DNA of 64,000 nucleotides from positions 409,524-473,523 of the forward strand of contig NZ_AP027042.1 in assembly GCF_027924605.1 (NCBI RefSeq). The letters run 5' to 3'. Below, piece by piece: positions 38,186-48,619 of the stretch. Numbering within the stretch: position 1 is the stretch's first letter; every line of letters begins with the position of its first letter. A model generated the notes under the pieces. That model searched no databases. It saw only the letters and a program-made list of their open reading frames with translations, and had not been told where the DNA came from. Both the position numbers and the translations under genes were made by a program. The DNA comes from Dyella sp. GSA-30. GTDB lineage: Bacteria; Pseudomonadota; Gammaproteobacteria; Xanthomonadales; Rhodanobacteraceae.

Positions 38186-39133
38186 ATGCACACCGTCGGC
38201 TTAGTCGTTTATCCCCATTTCCAATCGCTCGGCCTCGCTGTTGCGACCGTGTTTGAGTACGCGAACCTCATGCACGGCGAGCCTGCGTACGACCTGAAAT
38301 TGATCTCGGAGCACGGGGGAGCCGTGATGTCTTCCCAGGGTTTCTCTGTCAATACCGTGCCGCTTGGCGACGGGGAATACGACACGCTGATCGTGACCGG
38401 CGACAACGAATGCCGCATGCCCTCGGCAAGCCTGCTTGATTACGTACGAGACGCACCCAATCATTCCCGACGCGTGGCCTCGGTGTGCACCGGTGCGTTC
38501 GTACTCGCAGAGGCCGGGCTGCTAGACGGAAAGCGAGCCACAACGCATTGGTTTCATGCGCGCAGTTTTGAAAGGCGCTATCCAAAGGTGCAGCTGGAAG
38601 AGGATCGGATTTTCGTTATCGACGGCCAGATATGGACGTCCGCCGGCATGAGCGCCGGCGTAGATCTGGCTCTTGCCATCATCGAGAAAGACATGGGCGT
38701 CGAAGTGGCTCGCATGGTGGCGCGCAAGCTGGTCATTTATCAGCGCCGTGGCGGCGGCCAGTCGCAGTTCTCTGCTTTGCTCGAACTCAACGCCAAATCC
38801 GATCGCGTGCAGATGGCACTCGCGTACGCGAAGGAAAATTTGGCCAGTGATCTTTCAGTTGAAGCACTCGCTGAAGCGGCGCGTCTGAGTCCACGACAGT
38901 TCAGCCGCGTATTTCGCGAAGAAACCGGACAGTCGCCAGCGAAAGCGATTGAGCGCCTGCGCGTGGAAGCGGCACGCATGATGATGGAAACAAGCCGTCT
39001 GCCGATCGAAGTGATCGCCCGAGAAACCGGTTTCGGTGACCGCGAACGGATGCGTCAGGCGTTTCTTCGCGCGTTCGGCCAATCGCCGCAATCCATTCAA
39101 CGGGCGTCGGCCGCAGCTGAATTGGCCATCTAA
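38186..39133 (+). CDS. GlxA-family transcriptional regulator (DJ-1/PfpI domain + AraC HTH)
   Basis: N-terminal class-I GATase-like (SVCTGAFVLAEAGLLDG), C-terminal AraC HTH (LSVEALAEAARLSPRQFSRVFREETG). Confidence 0.8.
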   Translation: MHTVGLVVYPHFQSLGLAVATVFEYANLMHGEPAYDLKLISEHGGAVMSSQGFSVNTVPLGDGEYDTLIVTGDNECRMPSASLLDYVRDAPNHSRRVASVCTGAFVLAEAGLLDGKRATTHWFHARSFERRYPKVQLEEDRIFVIDGQIWTSAGMSAGVDLALAIIEKDMGVEVARMVARKLVIYQRRGGGQSQFSALLELNAKSDRVQMALAYAKENLASDLSVEALAEAARLSPRQFSRVFREETGQSPAKAIERLRVEAARMMMETSRLPIEVIARETGFGDRERMRQAFLRAFGQSPQSIQRASAAAELAI

Positions 39134-39202
39134 ATGGCTTGCGTCTAGCGGTAGCGAGCACTTGATGCGTATGGCGCGCCGCGGCGGGGAACGCCTGATG
39201 GC

Positions 39203-39763
39203 TTATCGCTTCGAAGCAGGCGTTTTCGCTTTGGCCTTGTTGTAGACGGCAAGAAATTCGTCGGACGCCACATGATCTGCGAGCGACCGCAACGTGGCAG
39301 CGGCATCAGTGCCCAGCACATCTTCAACGTGTTGATTCACGACGGACCAACGCGCATGAGCTTCACGCAAGGAGGCGGCACCGGCAGTCGTCAATGCGGC
39401 ACGCTTCGTTCGTCCGTCCTGCTCGTCATGTTGCAACTCAACCAGCCCGTCGCGGACCAGTGGCCTGAGCGCGTGCGTAAGTGCAGAAATAAGTATGGCC
39501 AGTTTGAGCGCAAGCTCCTGCAGCGTGGGCGCTTGGCCGCTATTGGAAGTGGTTAGCCGATCAACCTCTGCCAACAGGCTCACCTGCGTTGCCTTCAAAC
39601 CAACCGCCGCAAACGCCTCGTCATACAAGCCACCCAGGCGTCGGGAAGCGAGCCTCAGCGCGGTATTGGTGCATGCAGGGCCTTCGAGGAATTCGATCTC
39701 GTCCGCATGCGTCTTGCTCGGGGTTTTTCGGTTTACCGGGGGGTGATTCTTTCGCATACCCAT
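39203..39763 (-). CDS. MarR-family transcriptional regulator
   Basis: Winged HTH (LKATQVSLLAEVDRL...LQELALKL...LVRDGLVE); start at MGMRKN (39763) chosen within longer ORF. Confidence 0.7.
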   Translation of the reverse strand: MGMRKNHPPVNRKTPSKTHADEIEFLEGPACTNTALRLASRRLGGLYDEAFAAVGLKATQVSLLAEVDRLTTSNSGQAPTLQELALKLAILISALTHALRPLVRDGLVELQHDEQDGRTKRAALTTAGAASLREAHARWSVVNQHVEDVLGTDAAATLRSLADHVASDEFLAVYNKAKAKTPASKR

Positions 39764-39807
39764 AGAATGGTTGAGTGCTCGACTATTGACAAGTGCGGTC
39801 GTCCAGA

Positions 39808-39834
39808 GCATATACTTGAGCCCTCAATTAAATG
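39808..39834. promoter_or_regulatory. Putative MarR operator (copy 1) in marR/HIBADH divergent region
   Basis: gcatatacttgagccctcaattaaatg; near-identical to 40907-40935; related half-site ttgagtgctcga at 39773. Confidence 0.45.
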
Positions 39835-39947
39835 AACGCGCCTGGGCTGGTGGCTCCCCATTGACCACAGGCGCTTCCCAGGCTCGAGGTCAGCGGCGTG
39901 GGCCGCCGTGCCTGTGAGCATCCCGTTTGAACGATGAGGTTCGAATC

Positions 39948-40798
39948 ATGGCGAACGTGTCGGTACTTGGATTGGGCGCGATGGGTTCGCGTATGGCGGC
40001 GAATCTGGTCAACGCTGGTCATCAGGTGACGGTGTGGAACCGGAGCCAGCACGCCGTCAGTGGGCTCGTAGAGCATGGCGCGCACGCAGCAGCGACGCCG
40101 AAAGAAGCTGCCAGTGGCGCTGACTTCGTTATTGCGATGGTTCGCGACAACGACGCTTGTGGCTGGATCCTGACACCGGCGCGCTGCAGGGTTTGTCATC
40201 CGGCACGGTAGCCATCGAGAGTTCCACGTTGATGCCAAGCTGGATTGTCGAGCTGGGACAAGAACTGGCGGAGCGCGGTATCCCTTTTCTCGAAGCTCCC
40301 GTCGTTGGAAGCACGCCTCAAGCTGAGGCAGCGCAGCTGATTTATCTCGTGGGTGGCGACGAAGCGACGTTTACGCACACCGAAGCGTTACTCAAAGCCA
40401 TGGGTTCATCGATTCACCACGTTGGCCAGCTGAGTAGCGGCGCGTTGGCAAAGCTTGCGACCAACACTTTGATGGGCATCCAGGTCACAGCCATCGCGGA
40501 GCTCATTGGCATGCTGAAACGCTCAGGCGCGGATGTGGCACGTGTACTGGATGTTGTCGCGTCGACGCCGGCGTGGAGCCCCGTTGCAGGTCGCGTGTCA
40601 GGGCTCATGCTGGCGGGAAACGTCACGCCGCAGTTCCCAATTGAACTTATCGAAAAAGATTTCAGCTACATGTTGCAAACCACCAAGGACGGATCAGCGG
40701 CGCCGACCATCGCTGCCGCCCGTGGCGTGTTCCGTGAGGCGATCGAACGCGGACACGGCTCGGACAACATGACAGGCGTCGTGAAGCTCTTCACCTAG
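39948..40798 (+). pseudogene. 3-hydroxyisobutyrate dehydrogenase-family NAD(P) oxidoreductase, frameshifted
   Basis: N-part (39948-40211, frame 0: MANVSVLGLGAMGSRMAANL...AMVRDNDA) and C-part (40157-40798, frame 2: WLDPDTGALQGLSSGTVAIESSTL...) of one HIBADH-like protein; -1 frameshift near 40145-40157. Confidence 0.6.
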
Positions 40799-40906
40799 CG
40801 AGCTTTGATGTAAGCGACAGCAGTGGCCGCTTGCTGACGATCAATCTCTCTCATCAATGGCTGAAAGGCGGCCGGGGTTCCGGCTGTTCAAAGAAAGCGT
40901 CATTGC

Positions 40907-40935
40907 GAGCATATAGTTGAGTGCTCAATTTATAT
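40907..40935. promoter_or_regulatory. Putative MarR operator (copy 2) upstream of SDR gene
   Basis: gagcatatagttgagtgctcaatttatat containing near-perfect palindrome ttgagtgctcaa. Confidence 0.45.
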
Positions 40936-40986
40936 TCTTGTCTAGCAAATCCCTTCCCCAAAACCATCGAAATATCGGAGAACACC

Positions 40987-41739
40987 ATGTCACGACTTGC
41001 TGGAAAAATTGCCTTGATCACCGGCGGCAGCTCAGGTATCGGCCTCGCTGCTGCCAGAGCCTTTCTTGCTGAAGGCGCCGCCCGGGTTTACATCACGGGA
41101 CGCCGAAGCGCAGAACTAAATGCGGCGGCCACCGCCCTTGGTGATCGCGTTATCGCCATACAAGGCGACGTGACCAACCAGGCGGATCTTGATCGCGTCA
41201 TGGATCGTGTGGCATCGCAAGACGGAAAACTCGACATCGTCTTTGCGAACGCGGGTTTCGCTGCGCCTGCCGCGCTGGGCAGCCTGACGGACGATCACAT
41301 CGACGGGTTGCTTGGCACCAACGTGAAAGGCGTGATCTGGACGGTGCAAAAGGCGTTGCCACTGATGCGTTCGGGCGGCTCGATCATCCTCACCTCGTCC
41401 ATTGTCGGCAGCAAGGGTTTTGGTACGTGGAGCATCTACAGTGCCACCAAGGCCGCCGTGCGCTCGTTCGCCCGCACCTGGGCATCGGATCTTCGCGGTC
41501 AAAACATTCGCGTGAACGCGGTGAGTCCTGGAGTGATCGAAACACCTGCTTACGACAACATGTACGAATCGAAAGATCAGGCGCGTGGCTTCTTTGATTT
41601 CGCTGCAAGCATCACGCCGATGGCACGAACCGGTAGCGACGACGAAGTGGCGAAAGTGGTTGCCTTTCTTGCTTCTGATGACAGCAGCTTCGTCAACGCC
41701 AGCGAATTGTTCGTCGACGGCGGCATCGCCCAGATCTGA
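40987..41739 (+). CDS. SDR-family oxidoreductase
   Basis: MSRLAGKIALITGGSSGIGLAAA; catalytic YxxxK (YSATKAA). Confidence 0.8.
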   Translation: MSRLAGKIALITGGSSGIGLAAARAFLAEGAARVYITGRRSAELNAAATALGDRVIAIQGDVTNQADLDRVMDRVASQDGKLDIVFANAGFAAPAALGSLTDDHIDGLLGTNVKGVIWTVQKALPLMRSGGSIILTSSIVGSKGFGTWSIYSATKAAVRSFARTWASDLRGQNIRVNAVSPGVIETPAYDNMYESKDQARGFFDFAASITPMARTGSDDEVAKVVAFLASDDSSFVNASELFVDGGIAQI

Positions 41740-41835
41740 TCGCCATTCCATTCTCCGCAACTGTTGCCGGGCTTCACGCCACCTCAGTGAAGAAGCTGGG
41801 GTGCGCGTGGCGGGTCCGCCAAAGAAGGTGACTGT

Positions 41836-42276
41836 ATGCTGTCCGCACAAAACCTGCTGGAAGAATTCTTTGATTGCCTGAGCAAGCTCGATACCTCGGT
41901 GGATCGCTGCGTTGAGCTCTTTTCCGAGGACGGTGTTTGGGAGCTACCGTATTTTTCCAGCATTGGCATCGATCCTCAGTTTGCTGGGAAGGCGGCCATT
42001 CGTGGCGCACTTGAACTGCTGCGCTCGCGCTTCAGCGGGTTTACGTTTTCCAACATCCGTGTCTATGAGTTGAAGAACGACGCCGGCTTGTTCGCTGAAT
42101 ACCATTCCGACGCGTTCATCGACAGCACCACGCGCGTGTATGCGCAGGACTATGTCAGCCGTATCGTGGTGCAAGGTGGCCGTATCACGTTGCTGCGCGA
42201 GTATCTCAACATTATCTCCACCGCCCGGCTGCTATTACCCGGTGGGTTGGCTGGCGTCCCGGAGCCTCCGCTCTGA
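41836..42276 (+). CDS. NTF2-like/SnoaL-like (ketosteroid isomerase-fold) protein
   Basis: 146 aa, fold-pattern only. Confidence 0.5.
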   Translation: MLSAQNLLEEFFDCLSKLDTSVDRCVELFSEDGVWELPYFSSIGIDPQFAGKAAIRGALELLRSRFSGFTFSNIRVYELKNDAGLFAEYHSDAFIDSTTRVYAQDYVSRIVVQGGRITLLREYLNIISTARLLLPGGLAGVPEPPL

Positions 42277-42427
42277 CACATCGCCAGTCTGGCCCTATCG
42301 GAATGTGTTGCATGCCGCGTGACGACGACCAAGGCACTACCGACTTCACAGATCCGCAGAGACGAACACCCTGTGGGTTTTGCGTTTCTGACCATCTTCT
42401 GGCCACCTTTGACAACGAGGTTTCTCC

Positions 42428-42886
42428 ATGCCGACCTATGTTTGTTCCGTGCCGCCCAAGCTCCTCACGCTTGCGCAGAAAAGCCAGATCGCACAGGCCA
42501 TCAGTCGGCGGCATAGCGAAGCCACCGGCGCACCCTCTTTCTTTGTGCAGGTGGAAATCGAGGAAAGCGACAGCAATGTGCGCTTTCTCGGTGGCGCGCT
42601 ATCGAACTCGCATATCTGGATACGAGGTGACATCCGCGCGGGGCGACCCGAGGCAACGCGTCGCGCGCTGATGCTTAGCATCATGCAAGATGTCAGCGAT
42701 ATCTCTGGGCTCGCCGCGCAGGATATCTGGATCTACCTGTGCAATCTCGAACCCACCGACATGGTGGAATTTGGTCACGTCTTGCCTTTACCGGGCGAAG
42801 AATCGGCGTGGTTCGGGGCGCTGCCCGAATCACTGCAGGCGTACATGATCGGTCTAGGTACGACCGGAAAAACCTTCGCGCTTTGA
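42428..42886 (+). CDS. Tautomerase-superfamily protein
   Basis: N-terminal Met-Pro (MPTYVCSV) catalytic Pro1 hallmark; two beta-alpha-beta units (152 aa). Confidence 0.55.
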   Translation: MPTYVCSVPPKLLTLAQKSQIAQAISRRHSEATGAPSFFVQVEIEESDSNVRFLGGALSNSHIWIRGDIRAGRPEATRRALMLSIMQDVSDISGLAAQDIWIYLCNLEPTDMVEFGHVLPLPGEESAWFGALPESLQAYMIGLGTTGKTFAL

Positions 42887-43034
42887 GATATTGGCACGCC
42901 GTAGCTGCCACTCGATATGGCGAATTGCGGCTCGACATCGCCGCGCGTTTGCCTGTCGTGCGGATGAGCGATACGTGATGCTTCATCGACTGCATAAGCA
43001 AGAAGTACGCTATCGTCTTGCGTGAAAACAGATG

Positions 43035-43068
43035 AAAAAAGCCGGGGCAGCACGCCCCGGCTCTTTCG
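43035..43068. terminator. Bidirectional terminator hairpin
   Basis: aaaaaagccggggc-agcac-gccccggctctttc between convergent genes. Confidence 0.7.
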
Positions 43069-43088
43069 GTCAAACGGTGTTGTGGTTT

Positions 43089-43955
43089 TTACTTGCGATG
43101 CGCCTTCAACTTGGCGACCAGGGTGTCACCAAATTCCGGTGCCGACATGGGTTGCTGGCCGGTGATCAACTCGCGGTCGACGATGACATTGCTGTGCCAG
43201 TTGGCGACCGTGTCGACGTGTGCGCCGGCTTCGGCAAGCGCGTTGACAGGATAGAACTGCACCGATCCACCCAAGCCAGCGGGGCCTTCCAGCTGCTGTT
43301 CTTCACCCGTGGAGAACACCGTGACGCGGTATCCCGCATACGGCCAGCCCTTGGCGAGCGAGTTGGCCTTGCCGTCGTTGGCGATCATGGAAGCGATGAA
43401 GGCATCCGGGTCGTTGAGTGCAGACAGCAGCACGATGGGGCCGTGGCAGATGATGCCGGTCGGGCGACCGGTGTCGTGGAAGCTGGTGAGGATCTTGCCG
43501 AGATTCTTGTCCTTCAGCAGGTCCACCATGGGCGCATGGCCGCCCGGAATAAACAGGCCGACGTAGCCGCCAGTACCTTCGGCTACTACCGAGGCGAGCG
43601 TCTTGGGATGCTTCAGCTGCGCAATACCTTGGGCGTACTTCAGCGCATCGGCACGAGCGGCATCGTCGCCGCCAAAAAACATCTTGTTGTTGGAGTTGGC
43701 ATCCATCACCGGCTCATCGCCCCTCGGGTTGGCGATCACCGGCTCGTAGCCCGCTTCCAGCAGCTTGCGGAAGGGCACAACGAATTCGTTGAGGTAATAG
43801 CCGGTGGAGTAGCTCTTGCCGTCCTTCAAGTCCAGTTCGTGGGCGCTGGACATCACAACAAGAACCTTGCCTTTGGTTTGTGCCGCGGCGGTGGGTGACA
43901 CCATGCCGGCTGTAGCGAGCGCGAGCACCGCAGCGCTCCATTTGAAAATGCTCAT
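43089..43955 (-). CDS. Secreted DJ-1/PfpI (type-1 glutamine amidotransferase-like) protein
   Basis: Signal peptide; nucleophile elbow GIICHGP. Confidence 0.7.
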   Translation of the reverse strand: MSIFKWSAAVLALATAGMVSPTAAAQTKGKVLVVMSSAHELDLKDGKSYSTGYYLNEFVVPFRKLLEAGYEPVIANPRGDEPVMDANSNNKMFFGGDDAARADALKYAQGIAQLKHPKTLASVVAEGTGGYVGLFIPGGHAPMVDLLKDKNLGKILTSFHDTGRPTGIICHGPIVLLSALNDPDAFIASMIANDGKANSLAKGWPYAGYRVTVFSTGEEQQLEGPAGLGGSVQFYPVNALAEAGAHVDTVANWHSNVIVDRELITGQQPMSAPEFGDTLVAKLKAHRK

Positions 43956-43985
43956 GATTGATTCCTCGATGGTTAGTTAGTTAAT

Positions 43986-44795
43986 TCAAACGTTGATGTT
44001 TGCCGTCAGCGCGTAACGCGGTGCCGGTTTTGCATTGGAGAAACTTGAGGAGATGGCGCGACGCGCCTTTTCCCAGTCGAGCCATTCGTTGTTGTCGTGA
44101 AGGCTGGGAATGGTCACCAGCTCACCCATGTCCAGACCGGCCAGTGCGGCGTCGACCAGGTTTTCTGCGGACATGGTGCTTTGCGAGGTTTTCTGCGGCG
44201 CGTAGCCGGCCACATCCCAGAACTCGGTAGCCGTGGCCGCCGGCAGTACGGTCTGGATGCGCACGCCCTTGTTGGCAAGGTCACGTTGCAGCGCATGGCC
44301 AAAACTCAGCACGTAAGACTTCGATGCGCTGTAAACGCCGTTGAGGTTTTCCACGGCAATGGCAACAGCGGAACTGATGTTGACGATGGTGCCCGTACCC
44401 CTTGCGACAAAGCGCGGGGCGATGGCATAGGTGAGCCGAGTCAGCGCCGTGATGTTGAGCGAGATCATCGCCTCCATCTCATCGACGTTGTCCTGCAGCA
44501 CCGAAGCAACGGAACCTATGCCCGCGTTGTTGACCAGCATGCTGATGCTGTCGTCGTCGCGCAGCGTCTTTTCGACGGCGGACAAACCGGCCTTGTCGTT
44601 GAGATCGGCGGCGATCACCTTCACGGCACGACCCGTGGCGGAAGTCAGGCGACCGGCAAGATCGTTGAGACGCTGGGCATTGCGGGCGACCAAAATCAGG
44701 TCATACCCCCGCCGGACGAGACGTTCGGCATAAATGGCACCAATGCCGGTGGAGGCGCCCGTGATAAGCGCAGTACCCTTGCTGGAGTGAGTCAT
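43986..44795 (-). CDS. SDR-family oxidoreductase
   Basis: Start MTHSSKGTALITGASTGIG; YSASKSY catalytic motif. Confidence 0.8.
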   Translation of the reverse strand: MTHSSKGTALITGASTGIGAIYAERLVRRGYDLILVARNAQRLNDLAGRLTSATGRAVKVIAADLNDKAGLSAVEKTLRDDDSISMLVNNAGIGSVASVLQDNVDEMEAMISLNITALTRLTYAIAPRFVARGTGTIVNISSAVAIAVENLNGVYSASKSYVLSFGHALQRDLANKGVRIQTVLPAATATEFWDVAGYAPQKTSQSTMSAENLVDAALAGLDMGELVTIPSLHDNNEWLDWEKARRAISSSFSNAKPAPRYALTANINV

Positions 44796-45395
44796 GTCGT
44801 TTCTCTCAGGTTGGCCCGGCGACATGCCGGTGCTTGGACTGAATTCTGAGAACGACCGGCCATATCATCAATGTCGTACATGCAAGGATTTAGGACATTG
44901 GTGTCGGCGCCGGTTTGGGGCTCCCTTCGGGGCGCGGCAGGGCTCACCGCCATTCGACTTGGTCAGCGGGGAGCAGAGAGGACGAAGTTCTACGTCAGCG
45001 TGGTTCGGACGCCGAGCGGGGCGCGGGCAAAATCGCGTGCGGGATCTTTGGAGCTGAGAAGGCGCGGCCAGCTAATCTTCTGTAACGTCTGCTTTCGACC
45101 CAAAGCGGACCTTTCCACGCAACGATGAGGCCGCGCGATAAGGGGACGGGGGTAGTTAAATTCGCGTCTCTGTGATGCATTCCCGTTTAACTACCTCCTG
45201 CCCCTTTGCGCAAACTGCCGGGCAGCTCTTCAATCGAACACCGATGCCGTGAGAGTACCGGCACCACGCAGGCTCGTTACTTCTTACCCCGATCCACATC
45301 CGCCACACGAATCGTCATGATCCGAGTTCGGCGTGGTTAACGCCCGAGCCGATGCGATCATTTGATTTTGTAGTTGCTGTGCATGGATAGCGCCT

Positions 45396-46430
45396 ATGGC
45401 TTTCTGGCTTCTGTTGTTGTTTCTATCGAGCATCGTCGCATTCACCATCAGCGCCATAAGCGGTGGCGGCGCGGGTTTGATGCTGTTGCCGATACTCCGC
45501 TTGGCGCTGCCCGCCGCACAGGTGCCCGCGGCACTGTCGATCGGTAGCACGGTCAGCTCCGCGTCTCGCATTGCGCTGTTCTTCGGCCACATTCATTGGC
45601 CCGTGGTGCGCTGGTTCGTCCCCGCGGCCATTCCCTGCGTCTGGCTCGGTGCCTGGTTGCTGACCTATGTGGAGCCGGCTTATCTCGAAGCGGTGCTCGG
45701 GCTTTTCCTGTTGGCCAACCTGCCGATGCTGCTGCGCTCCAAAGCAGCTTTGACTGCAACCACCGCATCGAAGCTGCCACGCTGGTTGCTGGCGCCGATC
45801 GGCGCCGCAGCGGGCTTTGTTTCCGGGCTGACAGGTGCGGTCGGCCTCATCTTCAATCGCTTTTATTTGCAGTACGGGCTGAGCAAAGAGCAGGTGATCG
45901 CCACCCGCGCCGCTAACGAAATCATTCTGCATCTGATCAAGCTGGTGCTGTATGGACTGTTCGGACTGTTGACGCCAGAAGTGTGGGCCATCGGCGGCAG
46001 CATCGGCGTGGCGGCCTTGCTCGCCACATGGATGGCGCGAAAGCTGCTGCCTTATCTGAGCGAATCGCTGTTCAAGCGCACCGGCTACGCGGCAATGGTG
46101 TTGTCGGGGGTATTGATGTGCGGCAACGCCGGTGCGGCCCTCGCTGATCGTCACCAGATCGCCCTGCAGACCAGCGGTACACGCCATGGTTTCCAGAGTC
46201 AGCTGGACTGGCAGGACGCGCGCATGACGCTGGAATTCAAATACAAGAAAGGCTTTGAATTCGAACAGGTCATCCCCTGGACCAGCCTCCCCGACGACCG
46301 CAAGGCGATGACCCTGGCCTGGATGGAAGCTGCCGATCGCGTCGTGGTCGAAGAGGTGCGCACCTTCAAAAAGCGCTCTTATGAGCTCTATGTTTATCGC
46401 GGCGACCAATTGAGTAAGCACAAGTTTTAA
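45396..46430 (+). CDS. TauE/SafE (DUF81) sulfite-exporter-family membrane protein with ~90-aa C-terminal soluble extension
   Basis: Two 4-TM repeats with GGGxG-like motifs (AISGGGAGLMLLPIL; GLTGAVGLIFNRF); C-terminal non-membrane tail. Confidence 0.65.
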   Translation: MAFWLLLLFLSSIVAFTISAISGGGAGLMLLPILRLALPAAQVPAALSIGSTVSSASRIALFFGHIHWPVVRWFVPAAIPCVWLGAWLLTYVEPAYLEAVLGLFLLANLPMLLRSKAALTATTASKLPRWLLAPIGAAAGFVSGLTGAVGLIFNRFYLQYGLSKEQVIATRAANEIILHLIKLVLYGLFGLLTPEVWAIGGSIGVAALLATWMARKLLPYLSESLFKRTGYAAMVLSGVLMCGNAGAALADRHQIALQTSGTRHGFQSQLDWQDARMTLEFKYKKGFEFEQVIPWTSLPDDRKAMTLAWMEAADRVVVEEVRTFKKRSYELYVYRGDQLSKHKF

Positions 46431-46449
46431 CGCTTGAGCGAGACGAGCG

Positions 46450-47844
46450 CTACGACGATCCTCCTTCGGTGACGGCCAAGCCCAGGAAGTGCCGCGCTCC
46501 CGACCAGTGCCGCAACGCCACCCGTTCGACAATCAGCACGGTCAGCATCGAGGCGCCCAATAAGGGCAGGAAGATTCCCAGTAGCACCAAAAGGGCGACG
46601 AACACTCGGGGATGGCGGGCATCCGCATGCACCGGCGGGGCGCCAAGCACGCCATGAGGACGGCGGCGCCACCACATCACCACGGCACTAAGGCATGTCG
46701 TGATCAGCCCCAATGCCGTGAATGCGCTGAGGACCTGATTGAGTGGTGGGAACAGCGCGCCCTCATGGACGGCCACGCCGTAGCCAATCAAGCGATCTAA
46801 TAACGGACGCTGGGCAAAATCTACGCGGCGGATGACCAAGCCGGATGACGGATCCAATGTCAGGTCGGCGCGTTGCGATCGATCGGCAGCATCGGAGCGT
46901 GCGGACCATTGCGTCTTCTTCATCGAGGGTGGTGCAATCAGCACCGGCGCGGCGATGTGCTGCGCGAGTACCGCCGGCAACACCCGATCCAAGACGGCCA
47001 GATCTACCGGGGTCGCATGCATATGCTCCATGCCTGCCATTCCGTGATGCATGGCGTGCTCGTCATCGGGTGGCGTGTTCTCGGCGGCAGCTTGCGCGCG
47101 TGCGTCGGCGCTGCCGATCGTCCAATCCTGCACCACGTGAGCATGTGTCCAGCTCTGGCGCGCATCCCGTAACAGACCACCCCAGGATTTCGCCCACGGC
47201 AAGCCCGACATCAACAGAAACAGTGCCAACAAGGACACCCACACGGCGGTAACGGCATGCAGGTCGCGCCAGAACACCCGACCGCGTTGGTTCAACCGCG
47301 GATAGAACACCCCAGCCAGTCGCCGACCACGCGGCCACCAGAGATAAAGGCCGGTGAGCAACATCAGAATCGTCCAGGAGGCGGCCAGCTCCACAACCAT
47401 GGATCCGGCGCTGCCGAGCATCAGTTCGCCATGCAGATAGAAGATCACCCGCATAAACCGGTCGTTCTCGCTCACCACATGCAGCACACGCAACGAGGCC
47501 GGATCCACGTAGACACGGATGATCTCGCTGCCTCGACCGAGCAGCACCTGCGCAGCGGCCGTCGAAGAGCTGGGCACCTGATAAGCATTGAGCATGGTGC
47601 CTGGGACCGCTGCCAGCGCAGCAGCGACCTGAGCCGACGCCGGTTGCGCAGGCGCGTCGGCCACCTGGGCATAACGCTGTTCCAGCAAAGGCTCGATCTG
47701 AGGTTTGAACAAATAGATGAGCCCCGTACAGGCCAGCCACAGCACGAAGGGCAAACAGAAGAGACCGGCATAGAAATGCCAACGCCACAGCAGGCGATAC
47801 CCACTCGACGAGGGGCGCATGGCGGCAAGAGCCGGAGTGTTCAT
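46450..47844 (-). CDS. PepSY-associated TM (PiuB-like) membrane protein
   Basis: Start MNTPALAAM at 47844; WHFYAGLFCLPFVLWLACTGLIY motif typical of PepSY_TM proteins. Confidence 0.7.
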   Translation of the reverse strand: MNTPALAAMRPSSSGYRLLWRWHFYAGLFCLPFVLWLACTGLIYLFKPQIEPLLEQRYAQVADAPAQPASAQVAAALAAVPGTMLNAYQVPSSSTAAAQVLLGRGSEIIRVYVDPASLRVLHVVSENDRFMRVIFYLHGELMLGSAGSMVVELAASWTILMLLTGLYLWWPRGRRLAGVFYPRLNQRGRVFWRDLHAVTAVWVSLLALFLLMSGLPWAKSWGGLLRDARQSWTHAHVVQDWTIGSADARAQAAAENTPPDDEHAMHHGMAGMEHMHATPVDLAVLDRVLPAVLAQHIAAPVLIAPPSMKKTQWSARSDAADRSQRADLTLDPSSGLVIRRVDFAQRPLLDRLIGYGVAVHEGALFPPLNQVLSAFTALGLITTCLSAVVMWWRRRPHGVLGAPPVHADARHPRVFVALLVLLGIFLPLLGASMLTVLIVERVALRHWSGARHFLGLAVTEGGSS

Positions 47845-48076
47845 GATCCCCTCCGAAGGGCATCGACTCGCATCGGACGAGAGCATCGCGGGAATACCTT
47901 GCACGCGTGTAGCGAAAGAGGAGCAAGGCCAATCAATATCAGCGCGGGAGCATGGCGCGCACGGGGATCAAACATGATCATCAAATCCGGAAGCCAGATG
48001 AAAAGCGAACGGCATGCAGCGCCGAAACCTCCGAAAGAGGTTCGACGTGACCGTCAAGGCATGTCAGGCGATGGGA

Positions 48077-48499
48077 TCAGACGACCGGTGGGCCACGCGA
48101 GCGTTGGTCGAGCCACTCCGGGGCAGGCGCATGAGCGCCACGGAAGGCGATCGAGAAAGGAGCGGGGGGCAAGGGGAAGACAAGGAACGCCACGCCCGAC
48201 GCCAGAGGCGGGCTGTGACCCATCAGGGTGCAGTAACTGCAGGCATCGCCGTCTGGCAAAACGGGATGCTCGGGCTCGCCAGGGTGCTGCGCATGAGCCG
48301 CGTGCTCGGGACAGTCGCTGACCAGGCCGGCAGCCTCATGGCCCTGCGACCACGCCACCCATGTACGGGAAACGGTGGGCGCAAAAACGATCAGGACCAG
48401 CGCGGTGAAGGCCAGCCATTTCACTAGAGCGTGTTGAGCCCGCTTATGGGTCACGACATCCCCGAACGGGCCAACTCTGGACCCAGGTCCAGACATCAT
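48077..48499 (-). CDS. DUF2946-like small membrane/periplasmic protein
   Basis: Single TM then His/Cys-rich region (HAAHAQHPGEPEHP...CSYCTL); commonly paired with PepSY_TM genes. Confidence 0.4.
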   Translation of the reverse strand: MMSGPGSRVGPFGDVVTHKRAQHALVKWLAFTALVLIVFAPTVSRTWVAWSQGHEAAGLVSDCPEHAAHAQHPGEPEHPVLPDGDACSYCTLMGHSPPLASGVAFLVFPLPPAPFSIAFRGAHAPAPEWLDQRSRGPPVV

Positions 48500-48619
48500 G
48501 CCACGCCCTCGCCAGGTGGACAAAGCGCACGCCATGGCGAGATGTCACGGCCCGCCTGAGCATCCGCGCTGTGGCGCCGGATTGCTTGCTAGACTTCTTA
48601 TCACTGCACGTATTGGGGG

